Part shown: in pieces, positions 18,332 through 27,908 of the stretch
Layout of the letters: every line of letters begins with the position of its first letter
Position numbering within the stretch: the first letter of the stretch is position 1
Origin: a virus
Virus record (IMG/VR): IMGVR_UViG_3300032236_000879
Location: 1-64,000 of that record
Strand: one strand, 5' to 3'
Length of the DNA: 64,000 bases
The notes under the pieces: generated by a model
Databases searched by the model: none
The model's input: only the letters and a program-made list of their open reading frames with translations
What the model was told of the DNA's origin: nothing
Translations under genes and position numbers: made by a program

Positions 18332-18985
18332 TTATCTTTCTATTAAGGGGGTGGGAATATTTTTACAACGATCACCGTGCCAACGTTTCATTACGCCAAC
18401 ACCGCCTTCGGTACCGCAATGCGGACACATTGTTGTGGTCTGTTTTCCTTTTGTCTTACCCAAACTTTCGGAAGACCGTCTAGCTCTCATTTCTGCCGCT
18501 TTTTCGGCTCCAAATATTTCTTCATATGATTTGCCTTTTTTCTTAGCTGACATTAATGCTTTGGTTTCGTTATTATGAGTTTTATCATAGAATGGGTTTA
18601 ACGAACCCTTCATTCTAGAACTGTGATTCTTTGCATTTTGTTCTCTCGCTACCGCATATTCTTCCGGAGAGATCGTATAGGTTCGAGCTTGGTTTTGGCT
18701 TTGTTTATTCATCATTCTCCAAAGTGCAGACCACATTTTTCCGTTTTCTGTGCCGGTGGTCATTTCTATTAGAAGTTTATGACAAGTGAAATGTTCAGCA
18801 GCAGTTAACCATACCTTGTTGCTGATCTTATCTTCTCCGCCCAAAGATTTAGGAACGATATGATGATCTTCGATATATCCTCGTACTAACATTGCATCTT
18901 TCTTTTTCATAGTTCTGGGGCAGACAGTTTCGGCATTATTAATAATGTTATAATACTGATCATATGCGGCATTTTTGATAAACAT
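18332..18985 (-). CDS. HNH homing endonuclease with NUMOD3 motif
   Basis: EDHHIVPKSLGGED..SNKVWLTAAEHFTCH; NPFYDKTHNNETKALMS; CPHC...RWHGDRC; likely start ATG 18985 with AGGAG SD. Confidence 0.85.
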   Translation of the reverse strand: MFIKNAAYDQYYNIINNAETVCPRTMKKKDAMLVRGYIEDHHIVPKSLGGEDKISNKVWLTAAEHFTCHKLLIEMTTGTENGKMWSALWRMMNKQSQNQARTYTISPEEYAVAREQNAKNHSSRMKGSLNPFYDKTHNNETKALMSAKKKGKSYEEIFGAEKAAEMRARRSSESLGKTKGKQTTTMCPHCGTEGGVGVMKRWHGDRCKNIPTPLIER

Positions 18986-19031
18986 AAGTTCTCCTATAGG
19001 ATTCACTTCTTATTTATCTTTTATTTGTCAT

Positions 19032-21113
19032 TTAATCAATTTCGGTAGTGGTACTATATGTGGTAAATCCTGCTTCCTTAACGACTTTCAGAACACTGGG
19101 AACACGACCAGCTAGTTCTTCCCGATGACTCACAAGCCAGATAGACTTGCTGCGCCGTCGAGACATGTCCTTGAGAATAGCCATTGAGTTTTCGACCCCG
19201 ATGCTATCAAGACCACTGTCAATGAGTTCATCAATGAACAATGTGTTGATCGGGAAGTACAAGTTCTCCCAGACATCACGGAAAGCGAATGACAAGCCTA
19301 GGATAAGCCTATTGCGTTCGCCACGGGACAGATTGTCAAAGTCAAGCTCACGGCCGAGTTCAGTGATTTCAACTGAGAGGTCATTCATGAACACAACCGT
19401 GTGAGGTAGACCGATCTTGTCAAGATAGTGCGTCAGTCGTGCGTTCAGATATGACAGGTTTTGGTCGATGATCTTCTTACGAACAAAGCTATCCTTGCTT
19501 GTTAACAAGTCAAGCAGGAACTTCAAGTGATCGCCTAGCTTCGATAGCTCATTGATCTTTTCAAAATTAACTTCTTGAAGTGCGTTTGCTTCCATGTCAC
19601 TGATCTGATCCACATAAGGATCGACTTCAGCTACCTTCGTCTCAATCTGCTTGACTAAGCCGGCTACCACGCTGCGATGTTCAATCGCTTCTGCTTCCGT
19701 ATCATAATGTGTTGCAGGCGGAGGGCCTAAGACTTCATTGGTACATGCTTCATCGATCTGTTCAGCATATGGATCAGTTTCTGCCATTTTAGTATTGATC
19801 TGATTTTGAATGTTCTCAAGTTCAGACTCATGCTTGATAGCTTCTGCTTCAGTCTTGTAGTGCGTGACAGGAACCAAACCCAAATCAAATATAGAATTTT
19901 TATTTTTTTCTAACTCAGTTTGGGTTTGGGTAAGCTCATCATGTGCAGCAGTAAGAAGTTCACGTTTACTGCTTACAACGGCAGTATGATTTTCATCATG
20001 AAAGTCTTGACCGCAAGCATAACACTTGTTTTCTTCAAGTGTCTTGATCTCACTTTCTAGCTTTGTGACGAGTGCCTTATCCTTCTTGAGCGTTGCTTCC
20101 AAAGAAGCAATCGTCTTGTTCAGCGAAGCAAGCTCAATCTTATTGGCGTTATAAACCTTAAGATTAGAGTGAGCCTGTAACTCAGCAGCGATATCAATCG
20201 TCTTGATGTTATCATAGCTAGCCTGCAGGACTGCAACATCTGCATCTCGTTTTTGCATCCATGCAGTCTGCCTAGCAATAAGCGCATTGCATGTATCTTG
20301 CTTCTTCTTCTTTTCATTATAGATTGCTAGATCAGCATGAGCCTTTAGTTCTGCGGTGATGTCGATCTTGCTTAGTTCGTCAAAGTCACTCACAAGATTG
20401 TTGAGGTCTTCGCTGTGCTTTGCATTCCATAGTCGCTGGCGCCTGCGCAGATTCTCAATCTGTTCTTCGACTCGCTTGTTAGCTTCCTGAATAGTCTTGA
20501 CCTTGAACTGCTCTTGTTCAATGGTATCTTTGTTAGACTTCATTTTGGTCTTGATCGCTTCTGCTTTCTCTGAAAGCAGGGTGATACCGAGAAGCTGTTC
20601 AATGATCTTGCGCTGCTCACCGGCACCCAATGAAAGGAAAGGTTCAGTATAGGTGTTCAATGCTACGATATGCTTGAACATATCATGAGTCATTCCTAGA
20701 GTACGCTCAATTTCTTTTTGCGTGTCCTTGTTCTCGCCTTGAGCAGTGTCTTTGTCTTCTTGTTGCTCTACACCGTTGACATAAAACTTCAGGATGTTTG
20801 GTCTACGACCACGTTCGATCTTATAGTCAACCCCCTTAGAACTATATTCAAGCGTGATCATCATACCCTTTCCGTTGGTACGATTGATCAGATTGTCTTT
20901 TCGAATCTTGTTTATGGGTAGGTCAAATAACGCATAGGATAATGCTTGCATGAGTGAAGTTTTGCCGGTTCCATTACGAGATCCGGCTCCACCCAAATCT
21001 AGATTCTCACCTAGAATAAGAGTAAGTTCTTTGTTATCAAAGTTTACAGCTTGTGTCACTGCCCCAATAGAAAGGAAATTACGTAAGGTTATATTCTTGA
21101 TTACAATACTCAT
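19032..21113 (-). CDS. gp46: recombination ATPase, Rad50/SbcC-like (gp46)
   Basis: Walker A RNGTGKT, zinc hook CYAC, signature LSRGE, Walker B FIDELIDSGLD, VSH. Confidence 0.95.
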   Translation of the reverse strand: MSIVIKNITLRNFLSIGAVTQAVNFDNKELTLILGENLDLGGAGSRNGTGKTSLMQALSYALFDLPINKIRKDNLINRTNGKGMMITLEYSSKGVDYKIERGRRPNILKFYVNGVEQQEDKDTAQGENKDTQKEIERTLGMTHDMFKHIVALNTYTEPFLSLGAGEQRKIIEQLLGITLLSEKAEAIKTKMKSNKDTIEQEQFKVKTIQEANKRVEEQIENLRRRQRLWNAKHSEDLNNLVSDFDELSKIDITAELKAHADLAIYNEKKKKQDTCNALIARQTAWMQKRDADVAVLQASYDNIKTIDIAAELQAHSNLKVYNANKIELASLNKTIASLEATLKKDKALVTKLESEIKTLEENKCYACGQDFHDENHTAVVSSKRELLTAAHDELTQTQTELEKNKNSIFDLGLVPVTHYKTEAEAIKHESELENIQNQINTKMAETDPYAEQIDEACTNEVLGPPPATHYDTEAEAIEHRSVVAGLVKQIETKVAEVDPYVDQISDMEANALQEVNFEKINELSKLGDHLKFLLDLLTSKDSFVRKKIIDQNLSYLNARLTHYLDKIGLPHTVVFMNDLSVEITELGRELDFDNLSRGERNRLILGLSFAFRDVWENLYFPINTLFIDELIDSGLDSIGVENSMAILKDMSRRRSKSIWLVSHREELAGRVPSVLKVVKEAGFTTYSTTTEID

Positions 21114-22126
21114 AGGTTGCGATAAATCTCTAACAGTAGCTTAGGATCATAGAAATCACTTTCAATCTTTGTGATTTGATCAATGACGATTTGGTCAACA
21201 CTTTCAAAGCTGACTTCACCGGGAGCGAGGTCTTGGGAATGTTCAGTATTCTTGATAGGAATCAGTGACATTTCTCGTAGTTTATATTGTGGAATGAGGG
21301 TTTCACGAATGAAGGTTGCTTCCTCATATGAGATATCGATATCAAGATGAACACGAACACATGATTTAGGAAGCAGAAGCCCGTCAGGATTATCTAGAAC
21401 CTCACTCAACTTATAGACACGAAACAGCGGTTGACCTGACCACGAATAAAATTCAGGGTCACTGCCCCATTCTAGGATCATCATTCCTCGGGCATCATCA
21501 CCTGCATCTGCGTAGTTATGCGGAAACGCATTCCCGATATACCAAATGTTCTTCTTGCACTGGCGCTTGTGGAAATGCCCAGAGAACACCCATTCAAAAC
21601 CTGCGACATACTCTGAATTGATTTCTCCATGATCAGGCATCTCTACCATCGCATTCATATAGAAGTGTGGCAACTCTAGATGGGCAAATAGATACTTACC
21701 CTTCATCTTTAGTAGCTTCTTATAGTCCTCACCGACTAACCAAGGAGCAATGACTACATCATCTTGCATGAACCAATCATTCACGATTGTGACATTAGGT
21801 AGATGTGTTGCCCATTCTACTGAGTGAATGTCCCTGCGATCACGATAGTAAAGATCATGATTGCCAGGAATGAAATATACATGATCAAATGCAGAATTTA
21901 GTTTCTCTAAAGCACGAAGACCGAACTGAAGGGTGTGCATATTGATGCTCGCTCTATGGTGATTGTAATCACCTAGAAAGAAACAAGTCTCACACCCTTC
22001 AGCTTTAGCTTTACTGATAAACCAATCTACGAAATCAAGACAATCTTGGTTGTGCTGTAAACTGTTACTCTTTAGTCCGAAATGAATGTCTGTAAAGACA
22101 GCCGCTTTTTTGAATAGTTGTGCCAT
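21110..22126 (-). CDS. gp47: recombination nuclease, Mre11/SbcD-like (gp47)
   Basis: DIHFG, GD, GNHD, SGHFH metallophosphoesterase motifs; adjacent to gp46. Confidence 0.95.
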   Translation of the reverse strand: MAQLFKKAAVFTDIHFGLKSNSLQHNQDCLDFVDWFISKAKAEGCETCFFLGDYNHHRASINMHTLQFGLRALEKLNSAFDHVYFIPGNHDLYYRDRRDIHSVEWATHLPNVTIVNDWFMQDDVVIAPWLVGEDYKKLLKMKGKYLFAHLELPHFYMNAMVEMPDHGEINSEYVAGFEWVFSGHFHKRQCKKNIWYIGNAFPHNYADAGDDARGMMILEWGSDPEFYSWSGQPLFRVYKLSEVLDNPDGLLLPKSCVRVHLDIDISYEEATFIRETLIPQYKLREMSLIPIKNTEHSQDLAPGEVSFESVDQIVIDQITKIESDFYDPKLLLEIYRNL

Positions 22127-22132
22127 ACTTAT

Positions 22133-22161
22133 ACTATATTGTCCTTGATTGTAAATTGCAA
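22133..22161 (-). promoter_or_regulatory. sigma70-type promoter for gp47/46 (leaderless)
   Basis: TTGCAA-17-TATAGT, 6 nt before the ATG; no SD. Confidence 0.6.
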
Positions 22162-22175
22162 TCGGTTAGGTTACC

Positions 22176-23060
22176 TTAGTCTAGCTGCATTTTTGTATCA
22201 CGCATTTGTCTCGTGAATGAAGGATTCAATCCATTCATCTCAAGGATATCATCGCGGATATTCTGATTCCTCTTTTCAGTGTTAAGAACACGGCAGAAGC
22301 TATTAGTAATGGCTGCGGTATAATAAGCAAAAGGATTAGAAGATTTAGCTTCATTGAATCGAAGCCCGACGTAAGTTAATTGAAGGATAGCCGAATTGCG
22401 CATCTCATCGTTGTACGTGTATCCACGCCAGTTGAACTTCATTGCATACTTCTCACACAGCATCATATACATGCGAGCTAGCTTGTTCGTGATTTTTCCG
22501 TGGTCCTTAGAGAAATGTCCGTTCTCAATGCCGCCTACCCAGTGAGACTTACCGATACATCGCATTGTGTTGGTTTCGTCTAACTTGAAATGCTGGAAGG
22601 GAGGAAAATTAACCTTAATGTGGACCATATCATCTACGTCGTTCCGGGTGGTCTTATCTTCTAAATCTGAAAAATCTTCACTGTCGTCTTCATCAAACAT
22701 GATGATATCTTTGGCAGTTTTTTTCTTAGTTGATTTTCTAGGTTGCTTCTGTGCTACAGGGATGTGATCCCAAGTCATGACCCTGAATATGAGATCAGTG
22801 ACTGGGATATCTTCTGCTGAAATCTTCTCATTTAATTCTTGTGATAATCTAACTGCTCGCACCTCTTTGGCTGATTGTACTTGTTCTGGCTTCAGTGCGT
22901 ATTCTAAACTAGTTTCCACTGGAGAATCCGGCATGTCGATAATCAAGTCATAGCGATGATATTCCGGAAGTGTGAAGTAGCAGTATGAGTTTTTGCTTGT
23001 GTGTATTTCTTTTAATATGTCTTTGTTGTTTAGATAATTGATAGGTCTCTTAGAAGTCAT
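22176..23060 (-). CDS. gp55: late transcription sigma factor (gp55-like)
   Basis: NYLNNKDIL...NWRGYTYNDEM...FNEAKSSNPFAYYT...EKRNQ; next to gp47/46. Confidence 0.88.
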   Translation of the reverse strand: MTSKRPINYLNNKDILKEIHTSKNSYCYFTLPEYHRYDLIIDMPDSPVETSLEYALKPEQVQSAKEVRAVRLSQELNEKISAEDIPVTDLIFRVMTWDHIPVAQKQPRKSTKKKTAKDIIMFDEDDSEDFSDLEDKTTRNDVDDMVHIKVNFPPFQHFKLDETNTMRCIGKSHWVGGIENGHFSKDHGKITNKLARMYMMLCEKYAMKFNWRGYTYNDEMRNSAILQLTYVGLRFNEAKSSNPFAYYTAAITNSFCRVLNTEKRNQNIRDDILEMNGLNPSFTRQMRDTKMQLD

Positions 23061-23089
23061 TAGTACTGGTTTTCCTTTATAGTAACACT

Positions 23090-23118
23090 ATTGTACTAGT
23101 ACTGTTGTATAAATGCAA
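23090..23118 (-). promoter_or_regulatory. sigma70-type promoter for gp55
   Basis: TTGCAT-17-TACAAT upstream of an AAAGGA SD. Confidence 0.6.
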
Positions 23119-23151
23119 CAGTATTGGGTAAAAATTGGGGTTTTTCTGAGC

Positions 23152-23159
23152 GATAAATA
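23152..23159 (+). promoter_or_regulatory. late promoter GATAAATA for the baseplate operon
   Basis: The same motif recurs before late genes at 31684, 32236, 35651 (GATAAGTA), 55165 and 61895. Confidence 0.6.
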
Positions 23160-23192
23160 CAATGTAGAGAAATATATTTATCAGAGGGAAAT

Positions 23193-24758
23193 ATGGTTGA
23201 ACCAGTAACGTTTAATGCTAGCGGCGGCGGCACAATTGTTGCTACACAAGATCCAAACACCGGACAGCCTACCTATGTTCTCAAGTTACCGAGCGGTACT
23301 GTATTAGGACCTATATCGCAATCTGATTTTAGTAGTGGTAATAAAGGTTTTAGTGATTCATTAAGTGGTAGAGGCGGCAATGTAGCAAGTTTATCATTAG
23401 GAAATTTTACTGCGTCTGATATCACTGTTCCTGCTGACATAGATTTTTTGCAAGGTTTGTATATCAATAATCAAAATATTGCAGCACAAGCACAACAAGA
23501 CTTTCAAACACAAGATACTACTGCATCTAATACTACTGCGGCAGACACTCCGACTGCAACTGCACCTGCTGTAGCACCAGTAGTAGAAACTTCTACACCT
23601 GCAAATACAACAGACCCGTCAGTATTTCTTAATGCTGCTAGTGCTGCCGGTATTGCTAACACACCGCTTCCTAATAATACTACTATAATACCTGCACAGA
23701 GTGATCCTATAGTAGCAACCGGTTTAAATACTGATACTGTGCAAAATTCTACACCTGAAGTAGTTGCAGTCATCGCCCCCACAGCAATCACACCAGTAAC
23801 AGCAGAAACTATAAAAACACCTCCGTTAACTGATGCACAGATATTAGATATTGCTCCTCCTGTATTACCGGATGTTGGAACTGTTGCACCTTCTGCTACA
23901 GGTGGATCACAGGGTATTACTGGTGCTAAAAAATCTGCACAAAAATCTGCGACTCAACAAGATCAAGCTAATGCAAATGCAAAAAATGACTGGAGAGTTA
24001 GACTTGCGTTAGCTCCAGGTGCAAATTATTTGTACAAAGCAGCGACTGAAGGAACGTTATTATACCCCCTTAATAAGACAGATGGTGTGATATTTCCATA
24101 TACACCTACTGTAAGTGTGGCATACGCAGCAACATATGATGCGCAGTCACTCACCCATAGTAATTATAAAGTCTATCAATACCAAAGTAGCAGTGTTGAT
24201 TCGGTTACGATATCCGGAGATTTCACCTGCCAGGACGTGTTCGAAGCAAACTATTTAATGGCAGTGATTCACTTTTTTAGATCAGCGACAAAAATGTTTT
24301 ATGGACAAGATAGTAATCCTAAAAACGGAACTCCTCCTCCGTTATGTTATATTTATGGATTAGGGGCATTTCAATTTGATGGTCTTCCTTTAGCAATTAC
24401 CGCTTTTACATATAGTTTGCCGGCAGATGTGGATTATATTCCTACAACAGGTGCAGCTCCTGCAGGAGTTTCTCAAACCTCAACTCCAAATAGAAACAAT
24501 ACATCTAATAGTTCACTTCTTTCAGGATCAGGAAGAATGATAGGTTTACGGGTTGGGGCAGGCGGAACACCCGCTCTTCCCGTTTATCCTACAACTACTT
24601 CTTCTATCAACCAAACTACTTCATGGGTACCTACAAAAATTCAGCTTTCTGTAACATGCGTCCCTGTTGTAAGTAGAAATGCAGTATCCAATAAGTTTAG
24701 CCTAAGAGATTATGCTACTGGCAACTTACTTAACCGAACAAACGGAGGATTTTGGTAA
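23193..24758 (+). CDS. baseplate/tail-tube initiator-like protein with Pro/Thr-rich N-terminal extension
   Basis: GVIFPYTP, HSNY, GTPPPL...G..QF..LP tube-initiator-type motifs; precedes the gp53-like gene. Confidence 0.55.
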   Translation: MVEPVTFNASGGGTIVATQDPNTGQPTYVLKLPSGTVLGPISQSDFSSGNKGFSDSLSGRGGNVASLSLGNFTASDITVPADIDFLQGLYINNQNIAAQAQQDFQTQDTTASNTTAADTPTATAPAVAPVVETSTPANTTDPSVFLNAASAAGIANTPLPNNTTIIPAQSDPIVATGLNTDTVQNSTPEVVAVIAPTAITPVTAETIKTPPLTDAQILDIAPPVLPDVGTVAPSATGGSQGITGAKKSAQKSATQQDQANANAKNDWRVRLALAPGANYLYKAATEGTLLYPLNKTDGVIFPYTPTVSVAYAATYDAQSLTHSNYKVYQYQSSSVDSVTISGDFTCQDVFEANYLMAVIHFFRSATKMFYGQDSNPKNGTPPPLCYIYGLGAFQFDGLPLAITAFTYSLPADVDYIPTTGAAPAGVSQTSTPNRNNTSNSSLLSGSGRMIGLRVGAGGTPALPVYPTTTSSINQTTSWVPTKIQLSVTCVPVVSRNAVSNKFSLRDYATGNLLNRTNGGFW

Positions 24759-25075
24759 TGTCGGGCAATCAAAGTTTATACCCTGCTACTAGTCCATATA
24801 ATAGTACGAACGTGGCTAACAATTTATTTTTAGATGTTATGTTGTATCGTCCTATACCTATGTATCCTAGTGATGTATATATGGTTCTAACTTCGGTGTA
24901 TGAGTATAGACCTGATCTATTAGCATACGACTTATATGGTGATGCAAAACTTTGGTGGGTATTTGCTGCACGAAATCCAAACAGATTAGGACCTAATCCT
25001 TACTTTAATTTTACTGCTGGTACAGGGATATACATACCTAATATAGATACATTGAGGACGGTATTAGGAATATAA
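24758..25075 (+). CDS. gp53: baseplate wedge protein (gp53-like, LysM-like)
   Basis: YEYRPDLLAYDLYGDAKLWWVFA.RN motif. Confidence 0.8.
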   Translation: MSGNQSLYPATSPYNSTNVANNLFLDVMLYRPIPMYPSDVYMVLTSVYEYRPDLLAYDLYGDAKLWWVFAARNPNRLGPNPYFNFTAGTGIYIPNIDTLRTVLGI

Positions 25076-25076
25076 G

Positions 25077-27902
25077 ATGAGTGTAAATTCTTCTGTAACT
25101 GTAGGCGGATATACTATAAAATATTCAGCAGCTAGTAATGGTTATGTAACAATAACAATATTTTCAAATTCAACTTCAAAAACTGTAGCAATAACTCAAG
25201 GTGCTGATGTTAATACTGTAATTTCTACAGCGGTCAACCAAATACAAAGAGATGTTAAGACTGGCAGTGTAACTTCAGTAGATGCAGACACTTTAACAAG
25301 TTACTTAAATTCATCAGGTGTAACTGATCTTAATAACCTAGTAAGTCAGGCAGCTCCGACAGCACCGCCTCCAACTCCGCCGCCCCCGACCACACCTGCT
25401 ACAACGCCAACGACTACCCCTCTCCCTCCGCAACCGCCACCGTCAAGTGCAAACACATTGACTGGACCGGCAAATAGTGATAGCGGATCTATTCAAAAAT
25501 CTTCTTCCGGAACTACTCCGAAATCTCCTGCTGCTGTTGCTGGCGCAGGCGGAGCTACTCCAAATAGCGTGAGTGGATCTTCTACTGCTCCTAGTAAACC
25601 ACAAAGTGCTTCTAGTTCTAAATTGCCTACTACTCCAAATGGGTATCAATTTCAAGCAAGCATTGCTAGCACTCAACAAGTAGCACAATATTCTGCCCCT
25701 GGAAAACGACTAAAAAATCCATTAGGAGAGTTTCCAACATACACATATCAACTTAGCTTGTATATGATCACCCCTGATGCATATGAAGCATTTGTTACTA
25801 GTGGTAGAACAAAGATCGATATTTTTAATGATCTCACTAAAGGAACCGGTGCCGGTGGAGCATTCCTTATTGCACAAAGCGGAGGGATCAACAATACTAC
25901 TACAAAAAGAATGCCGGGCTTTGAATTTGATTATGGCATTGATAATTTAGAAATCAGACAAGCGATTAATGCTAAAGCTACGCAGGATGCTAATACCATT
26001 TCTGCAATTGATTTAAATTTCCAAATATCAGAACCTTATGGATTTTCTTTGATTCAAAAACTCAAAAAAGCAAATGACTTGATTTCTGCTTATTCCGGCG
26101 GCCCCCAAAACACACCGGAGAATGGAACTAGACAATTCTTTATCTTAGGTATTAGATTTTTTGGGTACAATACAAACGGTATTCCTGCCAAACCTACTGA
26201 TAAAATGTCTTATAATGGAAATGCAGCCAATCAACCCAATGTAGATGGAATGATCGATCCTTTAGCACAGAATGGAGTATTGTTCGAACACTTTTATGAT
26301 ATAGTTATAAAAACTTTTACATTTAAACTTGATGGAAGAATGATAGTCTATAACATAGAAGCAGCTAATGCAGGCACTCAAGCAGGATTTTCAATAAAGC
26401 GTGGAACTATTAAAGAAAACACCCCTATTACCGCAAGTACTGTGGCAGAGATGTTAGATAAATTAATAGTTAAAATTAATAATGATCAGAAACTATTAGC
26501 TGATCAGAAGAAAATACAATATCCTAATACATGTGAAATTGTTTGGATGCCGGGAACACAACCTATAATTGATGCTACCATGGTATCAGATGCTGATAAG
26601 GATAAATCTAAATCGCCCGGAAGCGGAGCTACCTCTACGAAAGATGTTACGGTTGCAAATGAAGTTTCTCATCAGACTGCTAGTGTGGGTGTTGCTCAGA
26701 CTATAAACTTTCCTTACGGTATGAATATTATGGCAGCAATAAATCAGGTAATTGCTCAAAGCTCATATATCAATGATGCATTAAAGGTAATTTATACAAC
26801 AGCACTAGAATCATCGTCTGCAACTAAATCACCGGCTGAACAAAAAAATCCACAGCCTAAAAATGTTAGTTGGTTTAGCTGCTATGCACAAATAAAAACT
26901 ATAAAATGGGATAGCATAGTGAATGATTGGGCATATGAGATGCAATATATAATTCAAAAATATGAAACGCCTGTTGTAGATAGTGCTTATGTTTTTTCAG
27001 GAAAATCATATCCAGGTGCCCATAAGCGATATGAATATTGGTATACCGGAAAAAATTCAGAAATTCTTCATTATGAACAAACATATGATAACCTATTTTT
27101 TAATGTAGCAGTAGCTCCTGACGAAGGTAACGGCGGCGCAAAACCTTCAGGTAGCAGCGGTGCCCCAACACCAACTAGTGGCACTACAAAAAACACAGCA
27201 ATTGTTCCTGGATTATTTACTTCACAACCGCGTTTAGGAAAAACAGGGGACGGCATGGAAGCTACTAACAATTATACTACGTCATTGTATGATCCGAATT
27301 CGTATTCTCAAGTGCGTATGAGTGTTTTAGGAGACCCAGATTATCTCATGCAAGAACCATCATTTAGTGAACAAGTTGTATATGACAAAGTATATGGAAC
27401 CAATGGATTTAATATTAATCCGGGCGGTGGCCAAATCTTTGTTGAAGTAGATTTCAAAGAAGCAATAGATTATGAAAATCAATTTGGTACATTAAGTATA
27501 AATGAGTCTATAAACTTTCTTAAATATCCACCTGAGATTGCTGAAAAGATAAAAGGAATTGCATTCATACTCACTGATGTCAGTAGTAAATTTAGAGGAG
27601 GGTCTTTTACTCAAGATTTAACTTTAATTCTACCTCCTTTTGCTAATGCAAGTGCATCTAGTAGCTCAGTTGATAGTGGTAGGCCTCCGACAAATGTTAC
27701 GCCTAATAATGCAAATAATGGGTCACCGCCCGGAAACACCACTCAGTCATCCGGTAGTACAGGGACAAAGGCTGACCCTACCTTTAATTCAAGTAATCCT
27801 ACTACTGTAGCAACAAATACTAATAACCAGACTCCTGCACAAGGTACTACTCCTACAGGGGCCAATGCCCAACCGGTAGCAAATGATGATTCACATGGAT
27901 AA
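25077..27902 (+). CDS. baseplate hub protein (gp27/gpD-like, tentative)
   Basis: Between gp53 and gp5; SVLGDPDYL and SKFRGGSFTQDLTL hub-type motifs; Pro/Ser/Thr-rich termini. Confidence 0.5.
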   Translation: MSVNSSVTVGGYTIKYSAASNGYVTITIFSNSTSKTVAITQGADVNTVISTAVNQIQRDVKTGSVTSVDADTLTSYLNSSGVTDLNNLVSQAAPTAPPPTPPPPTTPATTPTTTPLPPQPPPSSANTLTGPANSDSGSIQKSSSGTTPKSPAAVAGAGGATPNSVSGSSTAPSKPQSASSSKLPTTPNGYQFQASIASTQQVAQYSAPGKRLKNPLGEFPTYTYQLSLYMITPDAYEAFVTSGRTKIDIFNDLTKGTGAGGAFLIAQSGGINNTTTKRMPGFEFDYGIDNLEIRQAINAKATQDANTISAIDLNFQISEPYGFSLIQKLKKANDLISAYSGGPQNTPENGTRQFFILGIRFFGYNTNGIPAKPTDKMSYNGNAANQPNVDGMIDPLAQNGVLFEHFYDIVIKTFTFKLDGRMIVYNIEAANAGTQAGFSIKRGTIKENTPITASTVAEMLDKLIVKINNDQKLLADQKKIQYPNTCEIVWMPGTQPIIDATMVSDADKDKSKSPGSGATSTKDVTVANEVSHQTASVGVAQTINFPYGMNIMAAINQVIAQSSYINDALKVIYTTALESSSATKSPAEQKNPQPKNVSWFSCYAQIKTIKWDSIVNDWAYEMQYIIQKYETPVVDSAYVFSGKSYPGAHKRYEYWYTGKNSEILHYEQTYDNLFFNVAVAPDEGNGGAKPSGSSGAPTPTSGTTKNTAIVPGLFTSQPRLGKTGDGMEATNNYTTSLYDPNSYSQVRMSVLGDPDYLMQEPSFSEQVVYDKVYGTNGFNINPGGGQIFVEVDFKEAIDYENQFGTLSINESINFLKYPPEIAEKIKGIAFILTDVSSKFRGGSFTQDLTLILPPFANASASSSSVDSGRPPTNVTPNNANNGSPPGNTTQSSGSTGTKADPTFNSSNPTTVATNTNNQTPAQGTTPTGANAQPVANDDSHG

Positions 27903-27908
27903 TATAAT

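Noticed and set aside
19032-23060. Inteins or introns in gp46, gp47 or gp55
   Set aside because: No C/S...HN-C/S/T splice junctions or LAGLIDADG blocks; extra gp46 length is explained by coiled-coil duplications.
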